This document shows, in pieces, positions 26,319 to 33,485 of a stretch of DNA of 37,960 bases. Numbering within the stretch: the first letter of the stretch is position 1; each line of letters opens with the position of its first letter. Origin of the DNA: a virus. Taxonomy: Duplodnaviria > Caudoviricetes. The notes below the pieces were generated by a model. The model had not been told where the DNA came from, searched no databases, and saw only the letters and a list, made by a program, of their open reading frames with translations. Where the stretch lies: IMG/VR virus record IMGVR_UViG_3300037423_000844, positions 1 to 37,960 of that record; one strand, written 5' to 3'. Both the position numbers and the translations under genes were made by a program.

Positions 26319-26968
26319 GCGGCCTCCTTCATCGGCTCGCGCAGCGCGGACTCATAGCGGCCCACCAGCGCGGCGAACTCGATCAGGTCCTTCTCCAGCG
26401 CCTCGATGTAGTCGTCGTCACGCTCCACGCGCTGGCGGTAGAGCTGGCGGCCGATGGGCGCCAGGGCGGGGCAGTACATGCAGAACTCCCACCACTTGCG
26501 GCCGGCGATCCAGAGGCAGCCTTGCACCTGGTCGCGGTACTTGCTCCAGTCGTCCTCGGTCAGCACGACGCGCAACTCGGTCGGCGACACGAGGCACTTG
26601 TATTCGCTGCCGCCGTCGTCGCCGATCAGGCCGTCAGCGCTGGCGCCGAACAGGCCGTCCACGGTGGTGATGAAGCCGGCCGGCTGCACGATCAGGCCGG
26701 TCTGCATCTCGTGCTCCAGGCGCGCGGCCGGCTCCAGTTCGTGGCCGCGGCGCATGGCCCAGGTCTCGAACCCCTCGTCCAGCGGATCGCCGCTGATGCG
26801 CTCGATAGCCAGGCGGAATGCGTAATCCTTGGACGCGGCGGAGAAGTCGCCTTTGTTGGGGCCGGTCTTCAGGCGCTCGCGCGCCGTGCGGAACATGCTG
26901 GCCGTGATGCAGCCGGCGCGGGCGGCTTTCCACTCCGCGCTGCCCTGGGGTGCGGTGTGAACGATCAT
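26315..26968 (-). CDS. YqaJ / lambda-exonuclease family protein
   Basis: QGSAEWKAARAGCITAS, RGHELEP, GASADGL, EYKC and QVQGCLWI motifs. Confidence 0.92.
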   Translation of the reverse strand: MIVHTAPQGSAEWKAARAGCITASMFRTARERLKTGPNKGDFSAASKDYAFRLAIERISGDPLDEGFETWAMRRGHELEPAARLEHEMQTGLIVQPAGFITTVDGLFGASADGLIGDDGGSEYKCLVSPTELRVVLTEDDWSKYRDQVQGCLWIAGRKWWEFCMYCPALAPIGRQLYRQRVERDDDYIEALEKDLIEFAALVGRYESALREPMKEAA

Positions 26969-27558
26969 GCCGGCACCTTGGCGTTGGCTGCGGCCTTCTT
27001 GAGCTTGTCGTGCTCGGTCAGCAGCAGGCGGCGCATGGGGTTGGGCAGTTCGGCCCAGAACTTCTCATAGGCAGCCGAGCCGGCCCCCGCGGCCTTGCGC
27101 GCGTCCTTGAGCAGTTCCGGCGGTGCCGGCTCGGCGGCGGGCTTGTTGGCCGGCGGCGGCGCCTTGCTTGCGCTCTCATCTCCATCCACGCCGGCGCCAC
27201 CGTCCAGTGCGTCGTGCTCAACGATTTCCATTGCCGTGATCCACAGATACCGGCGCTGGTACGTCTCCACGGCGCCGATGTTCTGCACCTCGTGGCATGC
27301 CTTGAGTTTCGCGCTGCCCATTGGCGACGTGATGACGGTGCTAGTGCCGTCGTCAACGTCCGTGATGGTCAGCGTGGCGATGTCAGCGGTAAACGAGCAG
27401 ACGCCGCAAAGGCCGAGTTCCGCGAAGATCGTCTGCACGGTAGGCAGAAAGTCGCACAACTCAAAGTAGTAGTAGCCGCTGAACTCGTTGTGACCAGTCT
27501 TGCGCAGTTCCTTGCCTTGGAACTGGATGCGTGCCTGCATGAGCTTTTTGTGAACCAT
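26965..27558 (-). CDS. erf: ERF family single-strand annealing protein
   Basis: K.GHNEFSGYYYFEL and QNIGAVETYQRRY motifs, paired with the exonuclease. Confidence 0.88.
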   Translation of the reverse strand: MVHKKLMQARIQFQGKELRKTGHNEFSGYYYFELCDFLPTVQTIFAELGLCGVCSFTADIATLTITDVDDGTSTVITSPMGSAKLKACHEVQNIGAVETYQRRYLWITAMEIVEHDALDGGAGVDGDESASKAPPPANKPAAEPAPPELLKDARKAAGAGSAAYEKFWAELPNPMRRLLLTEHDKLKKAAANAKVPA

Positions 27559-27560
27559 GC

Positions 27561-27656
27561 TTATCTCCAGAGGTCGGCCAGCGCGCGGCGCATGGACAGG
27601 CCCAGCGGCAGCCGGGCACGGCGGTAGATGCGGAAGGTGTGCAGTGCGTTGCGCAT
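27561..27656 (-). CDS. 31-aa basic peptide
   Basis: MRNALHTFRIYRRARLPLGLSMRRALADLWR fills the gap between two genes. Confidence 0.55.
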   Translation of the reverse strand: MRNALHTFRIYRRARLPLGLSMRRALADLWR

Positions 27657-27657
27657 G

Positions 27658-27891
27658 TCAGGCCCCTTGCGCGGGCAACCTGCCAAGCGCTTGCGCAACG
27701 ACCTGCTGCGCCGTCTGGTAGTGGCGGCCTCTCGGCGATCCTTCGGCATAGGCCGTCTGCTTGCGGCTGTTCGGCCACCAGTGCACGTTGACCAGGCCGC
27801 CGATGACCAGCACGCGTCCATCGGGGTACTCGATCACCTGCAGCTCGGCCTCGCGGGCGAGGCGCTTGAGGGTTTTGATGTTGTCGGCCAT
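27658..27891 (-). CDS. Hypothetical protein
   Basis: MADNIKTLK...VNVHWWPNSRKQTAY. Tight operon packing. Confidence 0.7.
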   Translation of the reverse strand: MADNIKTLKRLAREAELQVIEYPDGRVLVIGGLVNVHWWPNSRKQTAYAEGSPRGRHYQTAQQVVAQALGRLPAQGA

Positions 27892-27893
27892 GG

Positions 27894-27989
27894 TCAGTAG
27901 GGCATCAGGATTGCGGGAGCCGCTGCGGCAGCAACGGCCAGGACGGAGACAAGAAGCCAGCTCAGCGCGTGGCGGGTGTTGCGGCTCAT
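27894..27989 (-). CDS. 31-aa membrane peptide
   Basis: MSRNTRHALSWLLVSVLAVAAAAAPAILMPY, AAGGA RBS, ATGA overlap. Confidence 0.55.
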   Translation of the reverse strand: MSRNTRHALSWLLVSVLAVAAAAAPAILMPY

Positions 27990-28225
27990 GCGGCGTCCTT
28001 GCGCGCAAGGCGAATGCGGGCTGCCTTCATGCACTCGATGCGCTCCAGCAGCACGTTGTTGCAGCCCTGCAGAAACTCGCAAGCGGCGTCCAGGCTGAAC
28101 AGCCCGACTACGAACACCAGGGGCAGCGAGCACAGCAGAACCAGAGCCGCCAGCACCAACGGCAGGTAATAGAGGACGAAGACCATCCGGTTGAGCGGCG
28201 ACAGCGGAGGGAGGTCATTGCTCAT
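27986..28225 (-). CDS. Small membrane protein
   Basis: Long hydrophobic stretch, ATGA overlaps on both sides. Confidence 0.65.
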   Translation of the reverse strand: MSNDLPPLSPLNRMVFVLYYLPLVLAALVLLCSLPLVFVVGLFSLDAACEFLQGCNNVLLERIECMKAARIRLARKDAA

Positions 28226-28527
28226 GCCGTCACCCTCGCCACTGCGTACATGCCGCGCGTCTGGATCTGCGCGGGCTCGGCGTCCGGCAGGCCCCACGCG
28301 TCAGCACTAGCGGCCATCTCGGCGGCCTCGCACTCGCGCTCCAGATCCGCGATCTGGTCCTCGCTGAAGCGGTCGGCCGTGATGCGCCAGTCGCCCGCGT
28401 GCACAGCCAGGACGTTGACGAACGGACCGTCGTCGTCGCGGCCCGTCTGGTACTCGACTAGCACGCGGCGGCCGCACAGCATCGCGGCGCAGCGCTTGCC
28501 GCTGGTCTGTCGGGTGGTGGCGGCCAT
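28222..28527 (-). CDS. Hypothetical protein
   Basis: MAATTRQTSGK..., GGAGG RBS, coupled to neighbours. Confidence 0.7.
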   Translation of the reverse strand: MAATTRQTSGKRCAAMLCGRRVLVEYQTGRDDDGPFVNVLAVHAGDWRITADRFSEDQIADLERECEAAEMAASADAWGLPDAEPAQIQTRGMYAVARVTA

Positions 28528-28946
28528 CACGCTGCCTCCCCGCCAGTAGCGCGGGCAATCGCGGCGCGGGCCTGGGCCATGTCGCTGCTCCCAGCGGTGT
28601 ACTCCCACTGCTCGATGTTCGGCGCGGCATCGGCGCCGAGCTTCGTGTAGTAGTCGATACGCGAGACCAGCACCTGCAGCGCCGCCAGCAGCTCGTCGCG
28701 CTGCTCGCGCAACTGCTGCGCCGCTGAGGCCGACTTCAGCACGTACTGCTCACCGACAGCCGAGAACGGCACCTCGCGCTCTTTCGCATCGCCCGGCGCA
28801 GTGATGAACAGACGCCCGCTGTCGTGGATGACGCCCGTCACCGTGGCCAGGACATCCTCAGTCGCCAGAGAGACGACATCGCCGATGTCGAATTCGCGCT
28901 CTGCGGTCTGCGCCGTCCCGGCGCTGGTTTTGGTCTGCTGGCTCAT
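28527..28946 (-). CDS. Early protein with TSAGTA leader and QLREQRDELLAAL module
   Basis: Clear ORF with GGAG RBS. SH3/KOW-like FDIGDVVSL segment. Confidence 0.75.
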   Translation of the reverse strand: MSQQTKTSAGTAQTAEREFDIGDVVSLATEDVLATVTGVIHDSGRLFITAPGDAKEREVPFSAVGEQYVLKSASAAQQLREQRDELLAALQVLVSRIDYYTKLGADAAPNIEQWEYTAGSSDMAQARAAIARATGGEAA

Positions 28947-29323
28947 GTCAGCACTCCGCGTTCAGGCGATCAACGGGGAACTGCTGGCGGTTGCCGCAGA
29001 TATGCGCCCAGCACTCGGCCTGGGTGCCGATGAAGGCAGTCTTGAAGCCCGCTTGCTCGCGGGTGGCTTCGCGGTGCGAGCCGATCCGCGTCACGGCGTA
29101 AGAGCCGCTCGCGGCCTGAAGAACTGAATAGCGCGCCGTCCCGGCGCTGGTGTTGGTCTGCTGGCTCATTGCGCTGCCTCCACGCGGGCGATGACGGCAG
29201 TGGCCGAATCACGATCTGCGGGCCATTCCTCGTCCTCGGTGAAATTGGGGCTCCAGTTGTCGACCCACGACATGACGCGCTTCAGCGCCGCCAGCAGCTC
29301 GTCGCGCTGCTCGCGCAACTGCT
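28677..29323. repeat. 41-bp perfect direct repeat (28677-28717 and 29283-29323)
   Basis: CAGCGCCGCCAGCAGCTCGTCGCGCTGCTCGCGCAACTGCT occurs in two different genes. Confidence 0.9.
28948..29169 (-). CDS. Early protein with TSAGTA leader
   Basis: 73 aa, GGAGG RBS, FIGTQAECWAHI segment. Confidence 0.7.
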   Translation of the reverse strand: MSQQTNTSAGTARYSVLQAASGSYAVTRIGSHREATREQAGFKTAFIGTQAECWAHICGNRQQFPVDRLNAEC

Positions 29324-29528
29324 TGACTTCTTTCTCCGCGTCGTCCGCGTCCTCGGCTCGCCGGCCCAGTGCTGCAATGTTCTCCAGCAGCGCGGCGGCC
29401 AGGCTGGCGTTGTCCGTACGCTCGACATAGCTGCCATCGGCACGCCGGAACATGCTGCCCGGGTATGCCGATTCATAGGCGAGCGGCTTGATCTGCGCCG
29501 TCCCGGTGCTGGTGTTGGTCTGGTCCAT
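29166..29528 (-). CDS. Early protein with TSTGTA leader and QLREQRDELLAAL module
   Basis: 120 aa, GGAGG RBS. Confidence 0.75.
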   Translation of the reverse strand: MDQTNTSTGTAQIKPLAYESAYPGSMFRRADGSYVERTDNASLAAALLENIAALGRRAEDADDAEKEVKQLREQRDELLAALKRVMSWVDNWSPNFTEDEEWPADRDSATAVIARVEAAQ

Positions 29529-29538
29529 CTCGCCTCCC

Positions 29539-29676
29539 TCAGATCACGCCGAGGGCGCGGAGCAGTCGGGCGCCGCCGAGAGCGCGGCGGCGGATGCGGA
29601 TGCGCTCGGATGCGCCGGTGGTGTGCGCTTGCGCGCTGGTGGTGGTGCCGCTGCGCGGCTGCTGCTGCTGGTCCAT
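29539..29676 (-). CDS. 45-aa Arg-rich peptide, first gene of the pL operon
   Basis: Not in the ORF track. GGGGAGG RBS, MDQQQQPRSGTTTSAQAHTTGASERIRIRRRALGGARLLRALGVI, stop abuts the next RBS. Confidence 0.6.
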   Translation of the reverse strand: MDQQQQPRSGTTTSAQAHTTGASERIRIRRRALGGARLLRALGVI

Positions 29677-29714
29677 CTGATGCCTCCCCGCTGGGTGGTG
29701 TGTCGATGGAGCAG

Positions 29715-29788
29715 AGTATTAGCCAAAGGCTTTCATTCGTCAACAGCCTCAGGCTATCAAAGTGAAAGCCTGAAGCCGGCGGCTCTCA
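29715..29788 (-). promoter_or_regulatory. pL promoter with three operators (OL)
   Basis: Minus strand TTGACG-N17-AATACT (29743-29715). AGCC-N3-GGCT palindromes at 29721-31, 29745-55 and 29774-84. Confidence 0.8.
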
Positions 29789-29797
29789 GACGTGGAC

Positions 29798-29822
29798 GAA
29801 AAAAAGCCCGCTCGGGCGGGCT
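29798..29822 (-). terminator. Terminator of the cI operon
   Basis: Minus strand AGCCCGC-CCGA-GCGGGCT followed by a T-run. Confidence 0.8.
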
Positions 29823-29848
29823 CTGTTTTGTTCGCTGGGGCGCGTCGA

Positions 29849-30130
29849 TCAGTGGGTATCGGCGCCGCTGCTGCGCAACAGCATCTCTAGCGTGGAGCTG
29901 TCCATGCGCTCAATCTGAAAGACGTTGACGACATTGTTTCCGTAGATCGCGGTCCCACTGGATTCCTGAGATGCGCGCTGCTTTTGCTGCGCCTGGATGG
30001 CTGCAAGAGCTACGCCAACTTGTTGCTCTACTGCTTTCACTACTGCCTGCCGTACTGCTGTGGAAAACCACAGTGTCTGACGGGTTGTTGGAACTGACGC
30101 GAGAACAAATACCGGTTTTCTTCTCGGCAT
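29849..30130 (-). CDS. Hypothetical protein co-transcribed with the repressor
   Basis: Starts 1 nt after the cI stop and ends before the terminator. Visibly more AT-rich than the flanks. Confidence 0.6.
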   Translation of the reverse strand: MPRRKPVFVLASVPTTRQTLWFSTAVRQAVVKAVEQQVGVALAAIQAQQKQRASQESSGTAIYGNNVVNVFQIERMDSSTLEMLLRSSGADTH

Positions 30131-30131
30131 T

Positions 30132-30617
30132 TCAGGCCTCTTGCTTCGCCACCAGCGCCATCAAACGCTGCACAAATACCGACGGCTCGTCCGTTGAATC
30201 CTCACGGTTTGCCTCGTGCATGGCATCAACGAGCCGGAGGAACTGGGCTGGCGTCATTTCCAGCGTGCCGGCCATTTGAGCCGCGCGCCGCGCCGTCTGC
30301 TGCCAGCGGTCGGAATCGGTTTGGCTGTCCGTGGCCGGCTCCGCTGAACGCGCAGAGCCCGCATCACGATCGTCCCCGGGCGCCGCGTCCAGCGTGTCCA
30401 TCCAGCCTCGGGGCTTCCCGAGCTTCTCCTCGATCTCGCGCGCCATGCGGTCGCCGACCACGCGGGGCTTGCCGGTGGCCGAGTGCACGACTTGGTTGCG
30501 CAGCTGGCTGATCTGGGCGTGGGACTTCCCCAGGGCGTTCGCCAGCGCCTGGATCGTCCGGTGTTCTGCGATGAGTTGCATCAGCCGGGCATGCCGGATT
30601 TCTTCAACGGTTTTCAC
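30132..30617 (-). CDS. cI: CI-like repressor without an S24 peptidase domain
   Basis: Probable GTG start at 30617. HTH EIRHARL...QALANALGKSHAQISQL and MAREIEEKLGKPRGWMD. Divergent from cro across the operators. Confidence 0.85.
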   Translation of the reverse strand: MKTVEEIRHARLMQLIAEHRTIQALANALGKSHAQISQLRNQVVHSATGKPRVVGDRMAREIEEKLGKPRGWMDTLDAAPGDDRDAGSARSAEPATDSQTDSDRWQQTARRAAQMAGTLEMTPAQFLRLVDAMHEANREDSTDEPSVFVQRLMALVAKQEA

Positions 30618-30627
30618 GCCTCCAATT

Positions 30628-30718
30628 GGAAAGCCGGAGGCTAAGAATCGGAATTCGCCGAGGGCTTTGACGCCGGCTAGGAGGTGGGCTTGCGGTACTG
30701 AAAGCCCGCGGCTAACAT
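30628..30718 (+). promoter_or_regulatory. pR promoter with three operators (OR)
   Basis: GGAAAGCCGGAGGCTAAGA 30628-46, AATTCGCCGAGGGCTTTGA 30652-70, TGAAAGCCCGCGGCTAACA 30699-717. TTGCGG-N17-TAACAT at 30690-30718. Confidence 0.8.
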
Positions 30719-30726
30719 TAGCGACC

Positions 30727-31089
30727 ATGGACATTTCCACTTACCTCCAGCAGTCGCCACGCGGTACCGCAGCAGCGATTGCCCGCGCACTCGGCGTGCA
30801 CCCAGTCATGGTTTCGCAGTGGGCCAGGGGGATTAAGGACATTCCCGTCGAACGCTGCACCGCCCTAGAGCGAATCACGGGAGGAGAGGTTCGGCGCTGG
30901 GACATGCGCGCCGACTGGCGAGAGCACTGGCCTGAACTCGTGAATGCCAAAGACGCTCCGGCGACGGAGCGCCGCGGCTCGCAGCCCGACCGGCGGAAGA
31001 AGTGCTTCCCGATCCCGCCGGAGCTCGACATGCGCGGCACGAAGCCGGACCGCCGCGGAGTCACTTCGCCCGGCCCAAACGCTGCATAA
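30727..31089 (+). CDS. cro: Cro-like (YdaS family) regulator with C-terminal extension
   Basis: AAIARALGVHPVMVSQW...IPVERCTALERITGGEVRRWDMRADW..HWPEL. The ATG lies about 8 nt after the -10, so it is probably leaderless. Confidence 0.88.
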   Translation: MDISTYLQQSPRGTAAAIARALGVHPVMVSQWARGIKDIPVERCTALERITGGEVRRWDMRADWREHWPELVNAKDAPATERRGSQPDRRKKCFPIPPELDMRGTKPDRRGVTSPGPNAA

Positions 31090-31180
31090 GCAGCACGCGC
31101 GGGCATACCCGAGCCACGCGCCAGCGCAGCCACTGACCTGCCAGCTGCAGCACTTTCACGGTGTCCGGTTCCAGCCTCAT
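31061..31180 (-). CDS. Possible 39-aa antisense peptide between cro and cII
   Basis: GGAGTGAGGG-ATG, MRLEPDTVKVLQLAGQWLRWRVARVCPRVLLMQRLGRAK. Not in the ORF track. Confidence 0.4.
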   Translation of the reverse strand: MRLEPDTVKVLQLAGQWLRWRVARVCPRVLLMQRLGRAK

Positions 31181-31263
31181 CCCTCACTCCGTAATTTCGT
31201 TGTTGCATCCAGTTTCTCGCAGTGCAGCAATGGTTTCCATAACAACGATCTGACCCACCTGCT

Positions 31264-31722
31264 ATGAACCCTATCGACGCCGCGCGCCTTGTTGTTCGTG
31301 ACTACCCCGGTGGTGCCGCTTCGCTGGCGCCCCGCCTCGGTAAAGCTGCGTCGAGCCTGTCGCATGAGGTAGACCCCAACTTCCGTGGCGCAAAGCTCGG
31401 GCTTGAGGACGCGGTGACGATCACACAGCTCACTGGTGACATGCGCATCCTGGCGGCGTTCGCGGCCGAGTGCGGTTTCTCTCTGCTGCCGCTGCCGGAC
31501 GCTGCGGTCAGCACCTCGTGTGCGATCACTGCCGTTGCATCCGTCATGCACGAGACCGCCGACGTGCTCAGGACCGTGAGCGCGACGATGGCTGATGGCG
31601 TCGTGACGCCGAATGAGAAGGTGGCGTGCCGCAAGGAAATTGGCGAGGCGATGCGGGCGCTGATGCAGGTGGACGCCATCTTGGAAGCGCAAAGCCCAAC
31701 GCATGTGCGGGAGACGGTGTGA
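31264..31722 (+). CDS. cII: Phage regulatory protein CII (186/CP76-type)
   Basis: DYPGGAASLAPRLGK..SLSHEVDPN...KLGLEDA and ADGVVTPNE motifs, downstream of cro. Confidence 0.85.
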   Translation: MNPIDAARLVVRDYPGGAASLAPRLGKAASSLSHEVDPNFRGAKLGLEDAVTITQLTGDMRILAAFAAECGFSLLPLPDAAVSTSCAITAVASVMHETADVLRTVSATMADGVVTPNEKVACRKEIGEAMRALMQVDAILEAQSPTHVRETV

Positions 31723-32030
31723 CCACGCGCTGCACGCCGCCCCAGGTTCCCGCCGCGCTGCGCGGTTTCATCCCGCCCGGCCAGGAGCTACGCACGAACA
31801 GCCAGTTCAAGGGCAACGGCCGGCAGCGCTCATGCGCCCGCTGCGGCGTGCACCGCCCTGAGCACACGGGCGGCTGGCGCTTATTCATGGGCCGCAAGCA
31901 ATGGCACTGCGCCGCGCACATGGCGCCGCGCGCAATCGAATCCGTGGCGCAAGCCACAAACGGCGAGGCCCCGGCTGTTACCAGCAGCCAGGGCCTCATT
32001 TCGCACCCCTCTCAGACAGGGAAGCAATGA
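31719..32030 (+). CDS. Hypothetical zinc-finger protein
   Basis: GTG start overlapping the cII stop. CARC...CAAH. Confidence 0.6.
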   Translation: MTTRCTPPQVPAALRGFIPPGQELRTNSQFKGNGRQRSCARCGVHRPEHTGGWRLFMGRKQWHCAAHMAPRAIESVAQATNGEAPAVTSSQGLISHPSQTGKQ

Positions 32031-32296
32031 GCAAGAGTGTAGTGAAAAAGGGCGCGCCTGTGGCGCCCGAGTTGACCCCGTGGTTTGACGGCAAGGTGAA
32101 GCCGGCGCGGCCGGGCGTGTACCAGACGGCTCTTTTCCAGGAGGAAAAAGAGCGCGCCGAGAAGCGGTATTCGCGGTGGACTGGGCACGAGTGGATGGAC
32201 TCCATGCGTAGCCCGCTTGGCGCGGCGCGCACCAATCTTCGCGGCTGCCAGTCCAAAGAGTGGCGCGGCCTGGCCAAGAAGCCGGAGGCAGCATGA
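32027..32296 (+). CDS. Hypothetical phage protein
   Basis: TPWFDGKVKPARPGVY...WRGL motif, ATGA overlaps. Confidence 0.75.
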   Translation: MSKSVVKKGAPVAPELTPWFDGKVKPARPGVYQTALFQEEKERAEKRYSRWTGHEWMDSMRSPLGAARTNLRGCQSKEWRGLAKKPEAA

Positions 32297-32661
32297 GCGC
32301 GTGGAACCCCGATGTGAAGCCGGGCGACAAGCTCGCGGTGCTCTGCGGCAGCCAATGGCACCGGTGGTGGGAGGTGCTCACCGTGGAGCGCGTGACGCCG
32401 ACTCAGGTCGTGTGTGGCAAGCAGCGTTTCGCGCTGAAGGATGGCCGCAAGGTGGGTGACAGGTGGACCCAGGCGCAGCCGCTGACAGGCGAGCTGGCGC
32501 GCGAGATCGCTCGGGAGCGACGCGCCGATGCGGCCAAGACGTGGGCCGTCATGAAGGCCGAGTCGGCGATCAAGACGCTGACCACTGAGCAAATCGAGCA
32601 GGTGCGAGCTCTGGTGGAGCGCCTGGCTGCCGGCGGCAAGCCTGAAGCGGAGGCCGCATGA
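32293..32661 (+). CDS. Hypothetical protein
   Basis: VKPGDKL...VERVTPTQV motif, GGAGG RBS. Confidence 0.75.
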   Translation: MSAWNPDVKPGDKLAVLCGSQWHRWWEVLTVERVTPTQVVCGKQRFALKDGRKVGDRWTQAQPLTGELAREIARERRADAAKTWAVMKAESAIKTLTTEQIEQVRALVERLAAGGKPEAEAA

Positions 32662-33485
32662 GCAACATCATCCGCCGCCAGCGGACAACGTGGACCAGCG
32701 TGGACAACCGCGTCATCAATGACACGCGGTTGGGCTTGAAGCCGCTGGGCCTGCTGATCTACATGCTCAGCAAGCCGAACGACTGGCAGTTCAATCAGGA
32801 GCACCTGGGGCGCACTTGGGGCGAGGGCCGCGAGGCCATGCGCTCCATGATGAAAACGCTGCAGGGGTGCGGCTACGTGCGCCGCGAGTACGCGCACGAT
32901 GAGCAGGGTCGCATCCGCACCGTGACCATCGTGTCAGAGCTGCCGGAGCAGCCCGACCTGTTCTCTGGAGCCGGAGACGGGGGCACCGATGGGCGGGTAA
33001 CCCGTCAGTCGGGTGAACCGCCGGTGGTCAACCCGACAGGCGGTCAACCCGCCTCCATAGTAAAGACTGACTGTGACAAAGGACTGAGGGACAAAGTACT
33101 AGCGCAAACCGCTGACGCGGCCTGCGCTGGCGGCCCTGCCAAGCTTGATCCCGAAGCCGTTGTCCTGCTCCCATTGCTGGGAGGCCAAGAGCACGCTGTC
33201 ACGCAAGACCGCGTGGACGCATGGAGCGAGGCTTACCCGGCCGTGGACGTGCTGCTTGCACTCAAGCAGATGCGCGCTTGGTGCCTGGACAACACGCAGC
33301 GCCTGAAAACCAAGTCCGGCATCGGCAAGTTCATCGTGAACTGGCTGACCAAGGAGCAGAACCGCGGCGGCGGCTGCGCCCGTCGTCAGTCCACCGGACC
33401 AGCGCGCGGAGCTGCCAAGCCGGCAGACGTGGAGGCCCGCAACGCCCGCGTGAAGGCAATGCTGTTCGGAGGTCGCAATGACTGA
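32658..33485 (+). CDS. Phage replication initiator (lambda O-like)
   Basis: N-terminal wHTH (VDNRVINDTRLGLKPLGLLIYMLSKPNDW), central iteron-coding linker, C-terminal YPAVDV...MRAW...FIVNWL domain. Confidence 0.85.
   Translation: MSNIIRRQRTTWTSVDNRVINDTRLGLKPLGLLIYMLSKPNDWQFNQEHLGRTWGEGREAMRSMMKTLQGCGYVRREYAHDEQGRIRTVTIVSELPEQPDLFSGAGDGGTDGRVTRQSGEPPVVNPTGGQPASIVKTDCDKGLRDKVLAQTADAACAGGPAKLDPEAVVLLPLLGGQEHAVTQDRVDAWSEAYPAVDVLLALKQMRAWCLDNTQRLKTKSGIGKFIVNWLTKEQNRGGGCARRQSTGPARGAAKPADVEARNARVKAMLFGGRND
32995..33105. other. Candidate lytic origin: iterons inside the O-like gene
   Basis: GGGTAACCCG, GGGTGAACCG, GGTCAACCCG, GGTCAACCCG ending at 33004, 33020, 33035 and 33051, followed by an A-rich tract. 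Confidence 0.6.

Larger units (their letters stand above)
28912..29528 (-). repeat. Shared 5' gene-leader repeat (three copies here, fourth at 25140-25156)
   Basis: ACCAGCRCCGGGACGGC on the minus strand at 28912-28928, 29135-29151, 29497-29513 and 25140-25156. Confidence 0.9.

Noticed and set aside
25140-29513. CRISPR array or integron attC interpretation of the leader repeats
   Set aside because: The repeats are in-frame coding, irregularly spaced by hundreds to thousands of bp and not palindromic. No cas or integron integrase gene is present.
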